From contig CAVYRW010000004.1 of NCBI GenBank assembly GCA_963771045.1, positions 1,984,001 through 2,048,000 on the forward strand: a stretch of DNA of 64,000 bases, in the 5' to 3' direction. The stretch comes from Waddliaceae bacterium (lineage in GTDB: Bacteria; Chlamydiota; Chlamydiia; Chlamydiales; SLFE01). Each line of letters opens with the position of its first letter. Within the stretch, counting starts at the first letter, position 1. The translations under genes and the position numbers were made by a program. This document shows positions 48,778 through 59,860 of the stretch, piece after piece. The notes beneath the pieces were generated by a model. That model saw only the letters and a list, made by a program, of their open reading frames with translations. It had not been told where the DNA came from and ran no database searches.

Positions 48778-49191
48778 ATGACAATGATTTGGAATTTTGA
48801 AAAAATTAGTATTTTCGCAATTTTTCTCGCATCAGTCGTCAGATTGGTCATCGGCATGATTTGGTATTCTCCAGGGGTCTTCGGCAGAAGGTGGCTCGAA
48901 TTAAAGGAAATGAAGCCCGGAGATCTTAAAAACAAAAATTTATCTATTTTATGGGGTTTTTTGAATGCTCTGGTTTTATCATTCATCCTTGCGGGCTTTA
49001 TCTCATTGATGGACGAGGTCTACTGGTGGACGGGAGCCTGGGTCGGCTTTTGGGCCTGGCTTGGCTTTTACGCCACCGGATCTATGATCGCGGTCATCTG
49101 GGAGGATCTCCCCTGGCCGCTCTATTTCCTTTATAATGCCGAAACGCTCTTAAGCTATGTCATAGCCGGAGTCATTCTCGGCGCAGTCTAA
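48778..49191 (+). CDS. DUF1761-like 4-TM membrane protein
   Basis: IGMIWYSPGVFGRRW, GFWAWLGF; start uncertain (48778/48784). Confidence 0.75.
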   Translation: MTMIWNFEKISIFAIFLASVVRLVIGMIWYSPGVFGRRWLELKEMKPGDLKNKNLSILWGFLNALVLSFILAGFISLMDEVYWWTGAWVGFWAWLGFYATGSMIAVIWEDLPWPLYFLYNAETLLSYVIAGVILGAV

Positions 49192-49261
49192 GTTATCTTT
49201 TGACAAAAACTCTCAACGCGATCAAAATTTCCACTAACTATTCTCACAAAATGGACAAATC

Positions 49262-50924
49262 ATGATAAAACCCACGCGATTTTTGCTCTTAATTCACCTT
49301 ATTCTGTTTAAATTTTACCGGACTATCAGCAGATGAAAACCTGCTCTACTTGCATGATCCACTCCCCAATAAACTGGTATTGCCTTTACCAAAAAAAGAT
49401 TTTGATCGATTTAAATTAGTTCATAAGGATTCAATCGATCAGATGTCCATCCACAAGTGGATTCCTAAAGGTCAAAATTTTCATGATTGGAAGGAAATGA
49501 TAACCGTTGCATTTCAAAAATGCGGCCCTATAGACATGACAGAGCTTGAAAAGAATTTAATCTCATCGTTTGATAAATATTCCGGCTATCCCTATACCGC
49601 TGAAACCATCAAAAAAGAATCCGATGAACTTGTCATTAAGATTTGCGTCCCTTATGGCCATGAAAGCATTCCTCGATTTTCTACCATTTATCGATATCTG
49701 GCATCAGCCGATGGGATCCACAGTGTTATATATGAAAAGCGATTCAAAAACATCGATGACGAAGAGCAAAAAACCTGGTTTAACAAACTCCAAAAAGCCT
49801 ATTTAGCCAGTAATTCAGAATTGAATCAGGTTTGTCAGGATACGTCTAAAGGGTGCATCCTTACGGATAATTTCAACCGGATTCTGAAAAATGATTTTGG
49901 AATCGATGAAAAAATGATCCTTGATATTCAGGAAAATGAGTTTAACCAGTATAAAATCATTGAAAACGATATTGATAAGAAAGAAGGTAGGATTCAGTTG
50001 ACTTGGGTTTCGAATAATCAAACAAAACGGAATTGCTCGGAAGAAATATCACTCTGTTTTTTACAAACTCCGAAAAATCGACAAACTCCAATTGCAATAG
50101 AATTCGCTGAAAGTTACGTCAATAGGATGAGGTCGAAAAGTAATCTTGATGACTTTACTGCTGAGATTTTTCCCAATGATATTGACGATGTGATGATACA
50201 GATGGCATTTTTTGGCACGCGGAGGCATGAGCCCCCAAGAGTGATTTTGATGCGTATGCTTCACACACAACAAGGGCACTATTCCATAATGTATACAAAA
50301 TATAAAAGCCATAATGGAATTTTTTATGGCGACCCGGCGCCGGATATCCAAAAATGGAACCTCATTATTGGAAATACATCATTAGCGAGTCTTGAGTATT
50401 TTCCCCAAAACATCGATGATAATACGCAGTGTTATTTTGAAAAGATTACTCCCAACCAAAAAAATAACTGGATTTTGGTTAAAAAAACCCCATCCAGAAA
50501 TGGTTATTATCTCAAAGAATGGATACCCGAAACTCAACAACCGAATCAGTTAAAAGATTCCCTTGTTATTGTTTGCAGTGCTCCCAAAGAGAATTTCGAA
50601 TTTTCCTTGGAAGAACCAGAACTTCAGGCGAAAGCTTTTGCCGAACATATAGCGCAAGGAAAACCCCACACGATAAATATCATTGATAAGGGAGTTGATT
50701 TCATTGCTTATGAAATTTATGCTCCTCAAGGCACCATCGACGGCGGTTTGAAATATTGCCTAAGATATGAATTTCTTTCAGAAGACAAATCCCATTGGTG
50801 CGTATCGGTTGGCAAGGACAGAGAAATGAGCCGTTCAGAGCAGCTTGGCTGGATTGAAAGGATACGCAAGGCGAATCGTGAACCCAAGAATAGCAAGTTG
50901 AGAAATCTAGCTGATTTATTTTGA
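49262..50924 (+). CDS. secreted protein with three tandem domains; +1 frameshift at ~49310
   Basis: Removing one A at 49310-12 gives the signal peptide MIKPTRFLLLIHLILFNFTGLSA|DE in frame with ORF 49350; repeated W-x-P-x-x-Q motif. Confidence 0.6.
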
Positions 50925-50943
50925 GAATTATGGGGGAATACAG

Positions 50944-51486
50944 TTAATAGTGCTTTTGTTCCTCGAGTATCCGCTTTGCTTCCTCGAATGACTCTTCAGT
51001 CGTTTCTTTGTACACCCATTTGTTTTCTCTGTCGTTGGTCTTATACCTAATATTCCCTCTGACAATAGAGACAGCTGCTAGCTGAGGATGATAGGTAGTT
51101 GTTCCATCAACGTTGAAAAATATTATTGAAACAACAATATTATCGAGATCCAATGGCCACTTGATTAAATATTTTGCAATATCTTTATTGTTATTGATTT
51201 TCTTTAGAAAAATATTTGCGGAATCGACAATGATCTTTCGTGCTTCATCTTTTTCTAAAGGTTTTTTAATACAGAACATCAATTTCAAACTTTCAATTTC
51301 ATACATCATAGCACCACCGCTGCCAATGCATGACATCCCATATTTATGACTAATTTCACTACAGGCTTCGTTTAATACGCAATTAGCAATCTGTTCTTTT
51401 TGCTTTGACATGTAAAATTTTCCTGAAAATAAATTACAGTTAACAATGAAAATCATTAGAAAAATAAAATAAAACTTTCTTACCAT
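50944..51486 (-). CDS. putative immunity protein (second allele)
   Basis: Paralogue of 53072..53602; signal peptide; directly downstream of the duplicated toxin tip. Confidence 0.7.
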   Translation of the reverse strand: MVRKFYFIFLMIFIVNCNLFSGKFYMSKQKEQIANCVLNEACSEISHKYGMSCIGSGGAMMYEIESLKLMFCIKKPLEKDEARKIIVDSANIFLKKINNNKDIAKYLIKWPLDLDNIVVSIIFFNVDGTTTYHPQLAAVSIVRGNIRYKTNDRENKWVYKETTEESFEEAKRILEEQKHY

Positions 51487-53026
51487 ATGGATCCCCTATA
51501 TTCCTCAATAAAATTATCTATTTCATGTTTTAAAGCTAACTGATAACACTGGTTGCTGAAGGAGTGGTCGAAGATTGATCCTGGAGTAGGATCTAGTAAT
51601 TTTACTGTGTCCCACGCTTCCTTTCTTCCTCGCCAGTCAATCCAAGTTACCGGATCCCTTTTGCTCACCAAGTGAGTGACCTCCTTGCACAGATGCTTGG
51701 GGATGTAGGTCGCGGGTCCGACGGCAATCACGACAATCCGATTCCGTATCTCCTCAGGGATTGAGTTCAGGGCTAATTTTGTATGTATCGCTCCCTGGCT
51801 ATGGCATATGTGAAATATAATACCGTCAGGGCCCAATTTTTCATACTTTTCTATCCAATCATTACGAATCAATATCGAAGGCTCGGTCGCGATATTAAAG
51901 TATAAACCAAGTGCGCATTCATATAAATCCCAAAAAAATCCGTGCGTCGCGTTGTAAACTCCATCAACAAAAGCGCCGCCAAGCATCTGGGACACTCCTG
52001 ATGCCAATTCATAACTATTTTCTAAAAAATTCTGCATGCCATTGATGGATAAGGTGTATAGCCGATTTTAGGCTGCATCGGGTGTGCCTTGGCCCAGCAG
52101 TTATAACACATGCCGTTTCTATGTTCTTCAGAGTCAAAGTAATTATATTCCCGTTGAGTATAATGCGTTCTGAAAAGGCCGAATTGATCGACGAAAGTCA
52201 GCGGGTTGTTACGGACATAGGCGTACAGGTTGAACCCGTCTGAATAGCCGGCGGGATCGCCTGTCGTCCAGCGGCCGAGGGAAGGATCATAGTAGCGCCT
52301 GCCGAAATAAATCCAGCCGCTTTCGGGGTCGTACCGTTTGCTTGAAAATTGATAGGGGGAATCGATGCCTGTGGATTTTTCAACTTGTCCGAATGAACTG
52401 TATCTTGCTGAATATATTGGGGTGTTTGTCGATGTATCGACAAGGACGGTGACGCTTCCGGCTTGATCATAGAAGGGAATGTATACATTTTCGTTGATTT
52501 CGATAGCAAACGCGGCGCCGATTTCGGCTCCCCTTCCTTCACCCAGGGGCCTGAAGGAAGTCACTTGACCATCTTCGATGCTTCCCACATCGCTATTGTC
52601 CTGATAAAGAAATTTTATGGTCCTCTCGAGTGACCACCCTTCGGCAGTTTTGCGATATTTCCTTTTGGCGATCCGCCTGTTTTGAGAGTCGTAAATGTAG
52701 CGGTATTTCTCTTCATTCTTGGTTACCGTAATTAGCCTGTCGAGCGCGTCGTAGGAATATTCACCAGTAGTATCGGACAGGATGTTGCCGGAGGGGTCGT
52801 ACGTGTATGATTTGCCATTTGCATGGGTGACCTGATTGAGGTCGTTGATCTGTATCTGCCTGCCATTATGCTCAACGCGGTTATAGAGGGAGTCATGGGT
52901 ATATGTGTGAAATGCCAGACCCTCTTCGGAGGCAAGCTGATTGAGATTGTCATAGGAATAACCGCAATCCTGCTCACCAAAGCAATCAGACACTCTTCGG
53001 GTAATGAGGTTGCCGTTTGCGTCGTA
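51480..53026 (-). pseudogene. orphan RHS 3' cassette, frameshifted by a 79-bp deletion
   Basis: 51541..53026 is a near-identical copy of 53667..55231 lacking 54177..54255. Confidence 0.85.
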
Positions 53027-53071
53027 ATCTCCTCCGGGATTGAGTTCAAGGCTAATAAAGAATCTGAATAA

Positions 53072-53602
53072 TTAGAATTGTTTTTGTTCCTCGAGTATCC
53101 GCTTCGCTTCCTCGAATGACTCTTCAGTCGTTTCTTTGTACACCCATTTGTTTTCTCTGTCATTGGTCGAATATCCAACATCACCTTTGACAATAGAGAC
53201 GGCTGATAATTGAGGATGATATCGCCTTGTACCGTCCAAATTATAAATCAATATTGACAAAGTTACATTATCAAGATCATATGGATATTTAATTAAATAC
53301 TTAGAAATATAATTATTATTATTTATCTTATTGAGAAAAATATTTACGGAATCGACAATGATCTTACGTGCTTCATCTTTTTCTAAAGGTTTTTTAATAC
53401 AAAACATCAAATTCAAGCTTTCAATTTCATACATCATAGCACCGCCACTTCCAATACATTGCATGCCGTATTTATGACTAATTTCACTACAGGCTTCGTT
53501 TAATACGCAATTAGCAATCTGTTCTTTTTGCTTTGACATATAAAATTTACCTGGAAATATAGGAGAATGAAGAACTAACAATATTAAGAATATAATTTTC
53601 AT
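53072..53602 (-). CDS. putative cognate immunity protein of the RHS toxin
   Basis: Starts 3 bp after the RHS stop; signal peptide; low GC. Confidence 0.7.
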   Translation of the reverse strand: MKIIFLILLVLHSPIFPGKFYMSKQKEQIANCVLNEACSEISHKYGMQCIGSGGAMMYEIESLNLMFCIKKPLEKDEARKIIVDSVNIFLNKINNNNYISKYLIKYPYDLDNVTLSILIYNLDGTRRYHPQLSAVSIVKGDVGYSTNDRENKWVYKETTEESFEEAKRILEEQKQF

Positions 53603-53605
53603 TTT

Positions 53606-56600
53606 TTACCTCATATACTCTTTATATTCTATCTTAAATGCCCTCACCTCCGCAATTAAAGCATCCTGATAACACTGGTTGCCGAAGGAGTGGTCAAATA
53701 ATGAACCCGGAGTAGGATCTAGTAATTTTACTGTGTCCCACGCTTCCTTTCTTCCTCGCCAGTCAATCCAGGTTACCGGATCCCTTTTGCTCACCAAGTG
53801 CGTCACTTTCTTGCACAGATGCTTGGGGATGTAGGTCGCGGGTCCGACGGCAATCACGACAATCCGATTCCGTATCTCCTCAGGGATTGAGTTCAGGGCT
53901 AATTTTGTATGTATCGCTCCCTGGCTATGGCATATGTGAAATATAATACCGTCAGGGCCCAATTTTTCATACTTTTCTATCCAATCATTACGAATCAATA
54001 TCGAAGGCTCGGTCGCGATATTAAAGTATAAACCAAGTGCGCATTCATATAAATCCCAAAAAAATCCGTGCGTCGCGTTGTAAACTCCATCAACAAAAGC
54101 GCCGCCAAGCATCTGGGACACTCCTGATGCCAATTCATAACTATTTTCTAAAAAATTCTGCATGCCATTGATGGATGTCGCAAAGAGATTTTCCAATTTA
54201 ATTCGACCGATAGTGAATAGTCTTGAAGGTTCGTATCGGGGGAACCGGCTATCAAAAGGTGTATAGCCGATTTTAGGCTGCATCGGGTGTGCCTTGGCCC
54301 AGCAGTTATAACACATGCCGTTTCTATGTTCTTCAGAGTCAAAGTAATTATATTCCCGTTGAGTATAATGCGTTCTGAAAAGGCCGAATTGATCGACGAA
54401 AGTCAGCGGGTTGTTACGGACATAGGCGTACAGGTTGAACCCGTCTGAATAGCCGGCGGGATCGCCTGTCGTCCAGCGGCCGAGGGAAGGATCATAGTAG
54501 CGCCTGCCGAAATAAATCCAGCCGCTTTCGGGGTCGTACCGTTTGCTTGAAAATTGATAGGGGGAATCGATGCCTGTGGATTTTTCAACTTGTCCGAATG
54601 AACTGTATCTTGCTGAATATATTGGGGTGTTTGTCGATGTATCGACAAGGACGGTGACGCTTCCGGCTTGATCATAGAAGGGAATGTATACATTTTCGTT
54701 GATTTCGATAGCAAACGCGGCGCCGATTTCGGCTCCCCTTCCTTCACCCAGGGGCCTGAAGGAAGTCACTTGACCATCTTCGATGCTTCCCACATCGCTA
54801 TTGTCCTGATAAAGAAATTTTATGGTCCTCTCGAGTGACCACCCTTCGGCAGTTTTGCGATATTTCCTTTTGGCGATCCGCCTGTTTTGAGAGTCGTAAA
54901 TGTAGCGGTATTTCTCTTCATTCTTGGTTACCGTAATTAGCCTGTCGAGCGCGTCGTAGGAATATTCACCAGTAGTATCGGACAGGATGTTGCCGGAGGG
55001 GTCGTACGTGTATGATTTGCCATTTGCATGGGTGACCTGATTGAGGTCGTTGATCTGTATCTGCCTGCCATTATGCTCAACGCGGTTATAGAGGGAGTCA
55101 TGGGTATATGTGTGAAATGCCAGACCCTCTTCGGAGGCAAGCTGATTGAGATTGTCATAGGAATAACCGCAATCCTGCTCACCAAAGCAATCAGACACTC
55201 TTCGGGTAATGAGGTTGCCGTTTGCGTCGTATTCAACATCGGTTTGTTGCCAAAAAAGCGAATCCCTGGCTATTTCCTGCCCTTTCAAATCGTAGCTGTA
55301 GCCAATCCTGTAGGTCATCCAAGGTCCCTTCAGTATGCTTTTTCTAAGCTTGCCTGACGCGTCGAATGAATAGGAGGCGTCGGTAATTTCTTCTTGGTTT
55401 AGAATATAAGCGGCTCGGGAAAGATGATCGCCTGTATATTGATAGCAGGCCTCGCGGTTTTCAGGAAAGAGTATCTTAATGGACCGCCCAAGCAAATCCC
55501 TTTGATAATCAATTTCAAGATCATTCCCGAGCTTTTCGAAAATCATTTCAGAGTGCTCGTTATAGCGCTTTTCGGAGATGAAATTATGGACGCGGTCGAT
55601 GACTGAAATGAGGTTGTTCAGTTTATCGTAAGTGTATTCATAGCATATCGAGCTTTCCCAAGATGCGTTTAAGGATTCAAGTTTTTCGACAAGGCCATGG
55701 TCATTATATGTATATTTAAGAATGGTTCCATCGGGTTTTATAACGGTTTCCTTCTCGCCGGACGGGGTGTATTCATATCGGGTCGTCCGTTGATTGATTG
55801 AATCTGCCGCTTCAATCAAACATGCAAGTTGATTTGCAGCATTATACTCCATCAGGGTTGTGACTGTCCGTTCATCTTGTTCGGGGGCAATCACGGTTTG
55901 CTCAAGTTTGACGAGGTTGCCGGCAAGATCATAAAATTTTTCTTCTTTGGAAAGAAGCTGACCGAATAGATCCTTTTTCTCAATTAAGACAACCCGCTCT
56001 GACACATCGTATGTTTCAACTGTCTGCATCCCTTTCGGATCTATTGTGGTTGTCTGCAGAACGCGCTGACCATATTCGTTGCAGTATTCATAATTGTAAT
56101 CGACATAGGTAGTGTGGCCTAACGGATCGGTAATTTTTGTCGGCTGATTAAAAACATTGTATTCGATATCGTTGACTGAGAGTCTTGAATCGGTATTGGT
56201 GATAACCGAAATTTTGTTCCCCGCTTCATCATAAATCGTCTGCACCTGGCCCCAAATGCTTCCTTCGGACCCCTCCCGGAATTCCTCGATCACTTGATCG
56301 CAAAAGTCGTAGACTTTTACAGTCGCCACAAAGCTGCCGCCGCCGGTCCATTCTTTGCGAGCCGCTTCTCTGCCGAGTGAGTCGTATTCGAAAGTTGTCA
56401 AGCGCTCCCCCCTTTTAATTGATGATACCCTGCTGGCACCGTCGTAAGTATAGCTTGTCTCAATGCCGGAAGCATCGATTTCATAAAGGAGCGACGAACG
56501 GTGGTATACCTTTTCCTCTACAGAAATAACTTCGCCGCCTTGTGATAGATCCGTTTTTCTTACAAGACGCTTCAAACAATCCCAATCGTATTGGGTAACA

Positions 56601-58933
56601 GAGCCGTTTTTGTGAACGTGTGTTTTTAAGGTTTTATTAAAATTATAGGTAAATTTTTCACACGTACCGTCCGGATAAGTGATTTGGATAGGCTGACCAT
56701 AGACATTGTATGTCATTTTAGTCTCTCTTCCAAGAGGATCTTCGACGCTCGTGACGTTTCCGAGGCAATCAAACTTCTGCTTGATGCACATATTGTGGCC
56801 GGGGAGGATTTTTTCAATATTTCGGCCAAAACTGTCGTAGTTATAAATCGTCTGCTCTCCAAATTCATTTCGTGAATGGGTCATATGTCCCATAGGATTG
56901 TAAGCATATGTTTCGATATGAGAGTTCCCCGATTCATCGATCACTTCTTTTCTGAGCGGCAGATTGAGGAAATTGTATTCATAAAGGGTCTCATAACCAG
57001 GCCTTGGCCCTTCCTCGCGGATCATATTTCCATAGATGTCATAATCTCTATAAATGATATGGCCAAACGCATTCACTTCCCTGGTCACCTTGCCGAAGCG
57101 ATTATATTCCCATTCCAGTGTATAGCAGTAGTTGTCATCGGCATCATAAACTTCTTGCTTTGTCAACCACCCCTCTCTAGTGTATTCGTTTATAAGGCGC
57201 TTGAGCTGTATTTCATCGCCTGTATCCAGGTCGAGGTAAACCTGTTTTACCTCAATTGGAAAACCCAAGCATGGGGCCTTTGATTTTGGGGTGAGATACG
57301 TGATGGTTCTTTGAGTAACTCCGCTTAAAACACCCGGATCCTTGGAATCGCCATCGTCAGCAATTTCATAGAGTAAAGTTCCATTATTATCGTAATCGCG
57401 AAATGTTCTGAGAAGGATATTTCCGCTGTGGGTAACGAATTCCTTAGTGCAGAGATCAGTATTATTTTTATATTCATACTTTCTCACAACATCGCCATCA
57501 TAGGCAGTGAGAAGGTTGTTGAATTTGTCATTAGTGTAAGTGTTTTTTTTAGAAAAATGCTCCAAAGAAACTTTCGTTCCGCTAAACCGACCTCGAATAT
57601 TCTCGAGAACGATATTTCCATGTTTATCATACACGTATTTGTGAGAAAATACCGTTCGACCCAGATCATTTTTTATTTCTTTAGAAACCAGCCTTTCTTG
57701 ATTCCATCGAAATAATTCCGTTTTTAGAAGTTGATCCTTGCTTTCATGCTCAATTTTAGTGATCTTTAAGTTGTTTCCATATTTAAAATTCCGACGATAC
57801 CCTAGAGCGTCTATAACCGATGTTTCGCAAGGCTCGTAATCGTAGATCCATCCGAAATAGTGATAATCGAATTTACCGTTTATTTTTTTGAACTTGTATT
57901 CAAATTTATAAAGCTCGCAGTCATTGAGTCCGCCGCCGATCACTTTGGCTATTGATTTCACACGCCCCTTGCGCGCGGTTTTTTCGCCGGGGTAGTTTTC
58001 ACCCGGCTCGCCTTTACCGTAATAACGGATCTCGGTCTGACGCCCCTTGCCGTTAAAAATTCTATAAAGTTTAGTTCCCAGAAAAGGTATATATTCAAAG
58101 TTATAATAGGGGAGGTTAGGATGCCCTATACCTTTCGGAAGCCATTCATCTTTAATCTTAACATACTCGATTCCCAGCTTTCTTCCATCGCTTGCCTCGA
58201 TAACCTGCGGTTTCTCGCCACAGAATGATTTAACTTGCAGGCTTGCGAAATTTTGATGATTATGAGCGTCTGCCGATCGTACACAAGAACACACTTCATT
58301 ATCATCCTTCACGTGGGTCGTCTCATATAATATTTGAGTTCCATTCGGCTTAAATTCACGGTTTAAATGAAAATAACCCGCTACGGTGTTGTTTATTTTT
58401 TTACACCACATTCGTTTATAGCTTTTCTTTTCCCCTCTTCCTGTTGTGATTATGGCATAACCGCTTCTTTCTCTGTCCGGAATTGTTATTGAAATATTCC
58501 TATGGCTGGTTTTTCCTGATATCTGCCCTTGTCCTAAATTGGTCATTCCCAGATTCTTTTCATCTTCAAGATCGACCTTGTACTTATAATCCTCAGAACC
58601 CTTGCTCGTTCTATCAAAAAATGCTCCTGTTCCGAACTGGTAATAAAAACACCACTGAAAATCATAATCAAAAAACAAGCGGTTATCAAGATTATCTTCC
58701 CAAAGCAATTCCGAAACGTAGCCGCATTGATAAACGACCGGCTGAGGTCCCGGTACGACAAAAGGTTCCATCATGAACGAATAGTTGCCCGTCATGACGT
58801 TAACCCCCTCGACCATGCATATGCTGCCTCCTTCAATATCAGACATAGGGAGCTGATGGCTGGCTTCTTGTGAAACTAGGGAAAAAATAGAAAAAATGAG
58901 AAGCAATGTCAGATATCGAGAAAACATTTGCAT
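53606..58933 (-). CDS. RHS/YD-repeat protein with a C-terminal alpha/beta-hydrolase (HSQG) domain
   Basis: YD repeats; core YFGRRYYDPSLGRWTTGDP...NLYAYVRNNPLTFVDQFGL; tip CHSQGA, DPV, DHSF; N-terminal signal peptide. Confidence 0.92.
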   Translation of the reverse strand: MQMFSRYLTLLLIFSIFSLVSQEASHQLPMSDIEGGSICMVEGVNVMTGNYSFMMEPFVVPGPQPVVYQCGYVSELLWEDNLDNRLFFDYDFQWCFYYQFGTGAFFDRTSKGSEDYKYKVDLEDEKNLGMTNLGQGQISGKTSHRNISITIPDRERSGYAIITTGRGEKKSYKRMWCKKINNTVAGYFHLNREFKPNGTQILYETTHVKDDNEVCSCVRSADAHNHQNFASLQVKSFCGEKPQVIEASDGRKLGIEYVKIKDEWLPKGIGHPNLPYYNFEYIPFLGTKLYRIFNGKGRQTEIRYYGKGEPGENYPGEKTARKGRVKSIAKVIGGGLNDCELYKFEYKFKKINGKFDYHYFGWIYDYEPCETSVIDALGYRRNFKYGNNLKITKIEHESKDQLLKTELFRWNQERLVSKEIKNDLGRTVFSHKYVYDKHGNIVLENIRGRFSGTKVSLEHFSKKNTYTNDKFNNLLTAYDGDVVRKYEYKNNTDLCTKEFVTHSGNILLRTFRDYDNNGTLLYEIADDGDSKDPGVLSGVTQRTITYLTPKSKAPCLGFPIEVKQVYLDLDTGDEIQLKRLINEYTREGWLTKQEVYDADDNYCYTLEWEYNRFGKVTREVNAFGHIIYRDYDIYGNMIREEGPRPGYETLYEYNFLNLPLRKEVIDESGNSHIETYAYNPMGHMTHSRNEFGEQTIYNYDSFGRNIEKILPGHNMCIKQKFDCLGNVTSVEDPLGRETKMTYNVYGQPIQITYPDGTCEKFTYNFNKTLKTHVHKNGSVTQYDWDCLKRLVRKTDLSQGGEVISVEEKVYHRSSLLYEIDASGIETSYTYDGASRVSSIKRGERLTTFEYDSLGREAARKEWTGGGSFVATVKVYDFCDQVIEEFREGSEGSIWGQVQTIYDEAGNKISVITNTDSRLSVNDIEYNVFNQPTKITDPLGHTTYVDYNYEYCNEYGQRVLQTTTIDPKGMQTVETYDVSERVVLIEKKDLFGQLLSKEEKFYDLAGNLVKLEQTVIAPEQDERTVTTLMEYNAANQLACLIEAADSINQRTTRYEYTPSGEKETVIKPDGTILKYTYNDHGLVEKLESLNASWESSICYEYTYDKLNNLISVIDRVHNFISEKRYNEHSEMIFEKLGNDLEIDYQRDLLGRSIKILFPENREACYQYTGDHLSRAAYILNQEEITDASYSFDASGKLRKSILKGPWMTYRIGYSYDLKGQEIARDSLFWQQTDVEYDANGNLITRRVSDCFGEQDCGYSYDNLNQLASEEGLAFHTYTHDSLYNRVEHNGRQIQINDLNQVTHANGKSYTYDPSGNILSDTTGEYSYDALDRLITVTKNEEKYRYIYDSQNRRIAKRKYRKTAEGWSLERTIKFLYQDNSDVGSIEDGQVTSFRPLGEGRGAEIGAAFAIEINENVYIPFYDQAGSVTVLVDTSTNTPIYSARYSSFGQVEKSTGIDSPYQFSSKRYDPESGWIYFGRRYYDPSLGRWTTGDPAGYSDGFNLYAYVRNNPLTFVDQFGLFRTHYTQREYNYFDSEEHRNGMCYNCWAKAHPMQPKIGYTPFDSRFPRYEPSRLFTIGRIKLENLFATSINGMQNFLENSYELASGVSQMLGGAFVDGVYNATHGFFWDLYECALGLYFNIATEPSILIRNDWIEKYEKLGPDGIIFHICHSQGAIHTKLALNSIPEEIRNRIVVIAVGPATYIPKHLCKKVTHLVSKRDPVTWIDWRGRKEAWDTVKLLDPTPGSLFDHSFGNQCYQDALIAEVRAFKIEYKEYMR

Positions 58934-59207
58934 GTCCTTAGAATTTAAATTTTGGGCTAAAATTTATAGAGCTTTGAATTCTCTGTCAATAAAGAATTTC
59001 GATCTTGACATCCTTGCCGGTGGGGTCGCGGTGCCGGATTTTGTCCTGAGTTAGCAGAGATGTGGCGTTCTTTGCCGAATAGACTTGTATTTCAGATATA
59101 TATCCCTTCTGCCTAGTAGACGACCTCTTAAACTCCTCATACGAAACGGAAGCTGAACTGTAAACAGAAAGAGTTCAACTTACTTACTTCCAATAGTATA
59201 TATCCAG

Positions 59208-59546
59208 TTACTTATTTTCGGGGCTGGTAGAGCATTCGGTGACTTTTACCCATTCGTTGATATGAATATCAGAAATGTCTACACCTTCTTTGTAGAGCTT
59301 TTTTAAAGCGGGCTTGTCGATCTCTTCTCTTATGATAATACCATTGAGCTCTCGAGCGGTTTCGATTGACGTCTTAACACTGATCTGTTCAATTTTTGTG
59401 ACCTTATATAGGGATGTTGCAACATGCTTGCCTGTCATCAGGGCAAGAATTTGCGAGCTGATCTCCTTCTTTCGAGCAGCCAGCATTTCAACTTCTCTTG
59501 ATATGCGGCGATACTCTTCGCAAAGCCTGTCAAAAGCTTCATCCAT
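59208..59546 (-). CDS. hypothetical protein
   Basis: 112 aa with N-terminal coiled coil. Confidence 0.5.
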   Translation of the reverse strand: MDEAFDRLCEEYRRISREVEMLAARKKEISSQILALMTGKHVATSLYKVTKIEQISVKTSIETARELNGIIIREEIDKPALKKLYKEGVDISDIHINEWVKVTECSTSPENK

Positions 59547-59587
59547 AATTATTTTATCGAGGTAAATGCAAAAGTTTACTGTCTCTC

Positions 59588-59797
59588 TTAAACACTTTGA
59601 TTATTGATTCTTAGCCACGAAAAACGTGCCATTTTTTCATTCTCATCATATGAATGCCAGGCAACATGACCATCAGGCCTAACTAAAACAGCCCCATGGT
59701 TGGAGATTTCATACTTTTCAAGAAAATCATGATCTTTATCTAGGCATTCACCGCCCTTACCAATAGTCACAATTTTACAAGGGAATTGACGATTCAA
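59588..59797 (-). pseudogene. C-terminal remnant of an FAD-dependent monooxygenase
   Basis: GAVLVRPDGHVAW motif without the catalytic domains. Confidence 0.65.
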
Positions 59798-59860
59798 TTT
59801 TGTGTAGGTTCAGATGTAAGTATTCGGTTTCAGGACCAGGTCCTGAATTTGGAATAATTT

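Noticed and set aside
52732..53193. 153-aa ORF across the RHS junction, plus twin 114-aa ORFs at 52198 and 54403
   Set aside because: These are alternative-frame shadows of the duplicated RHS and immunity sequence.
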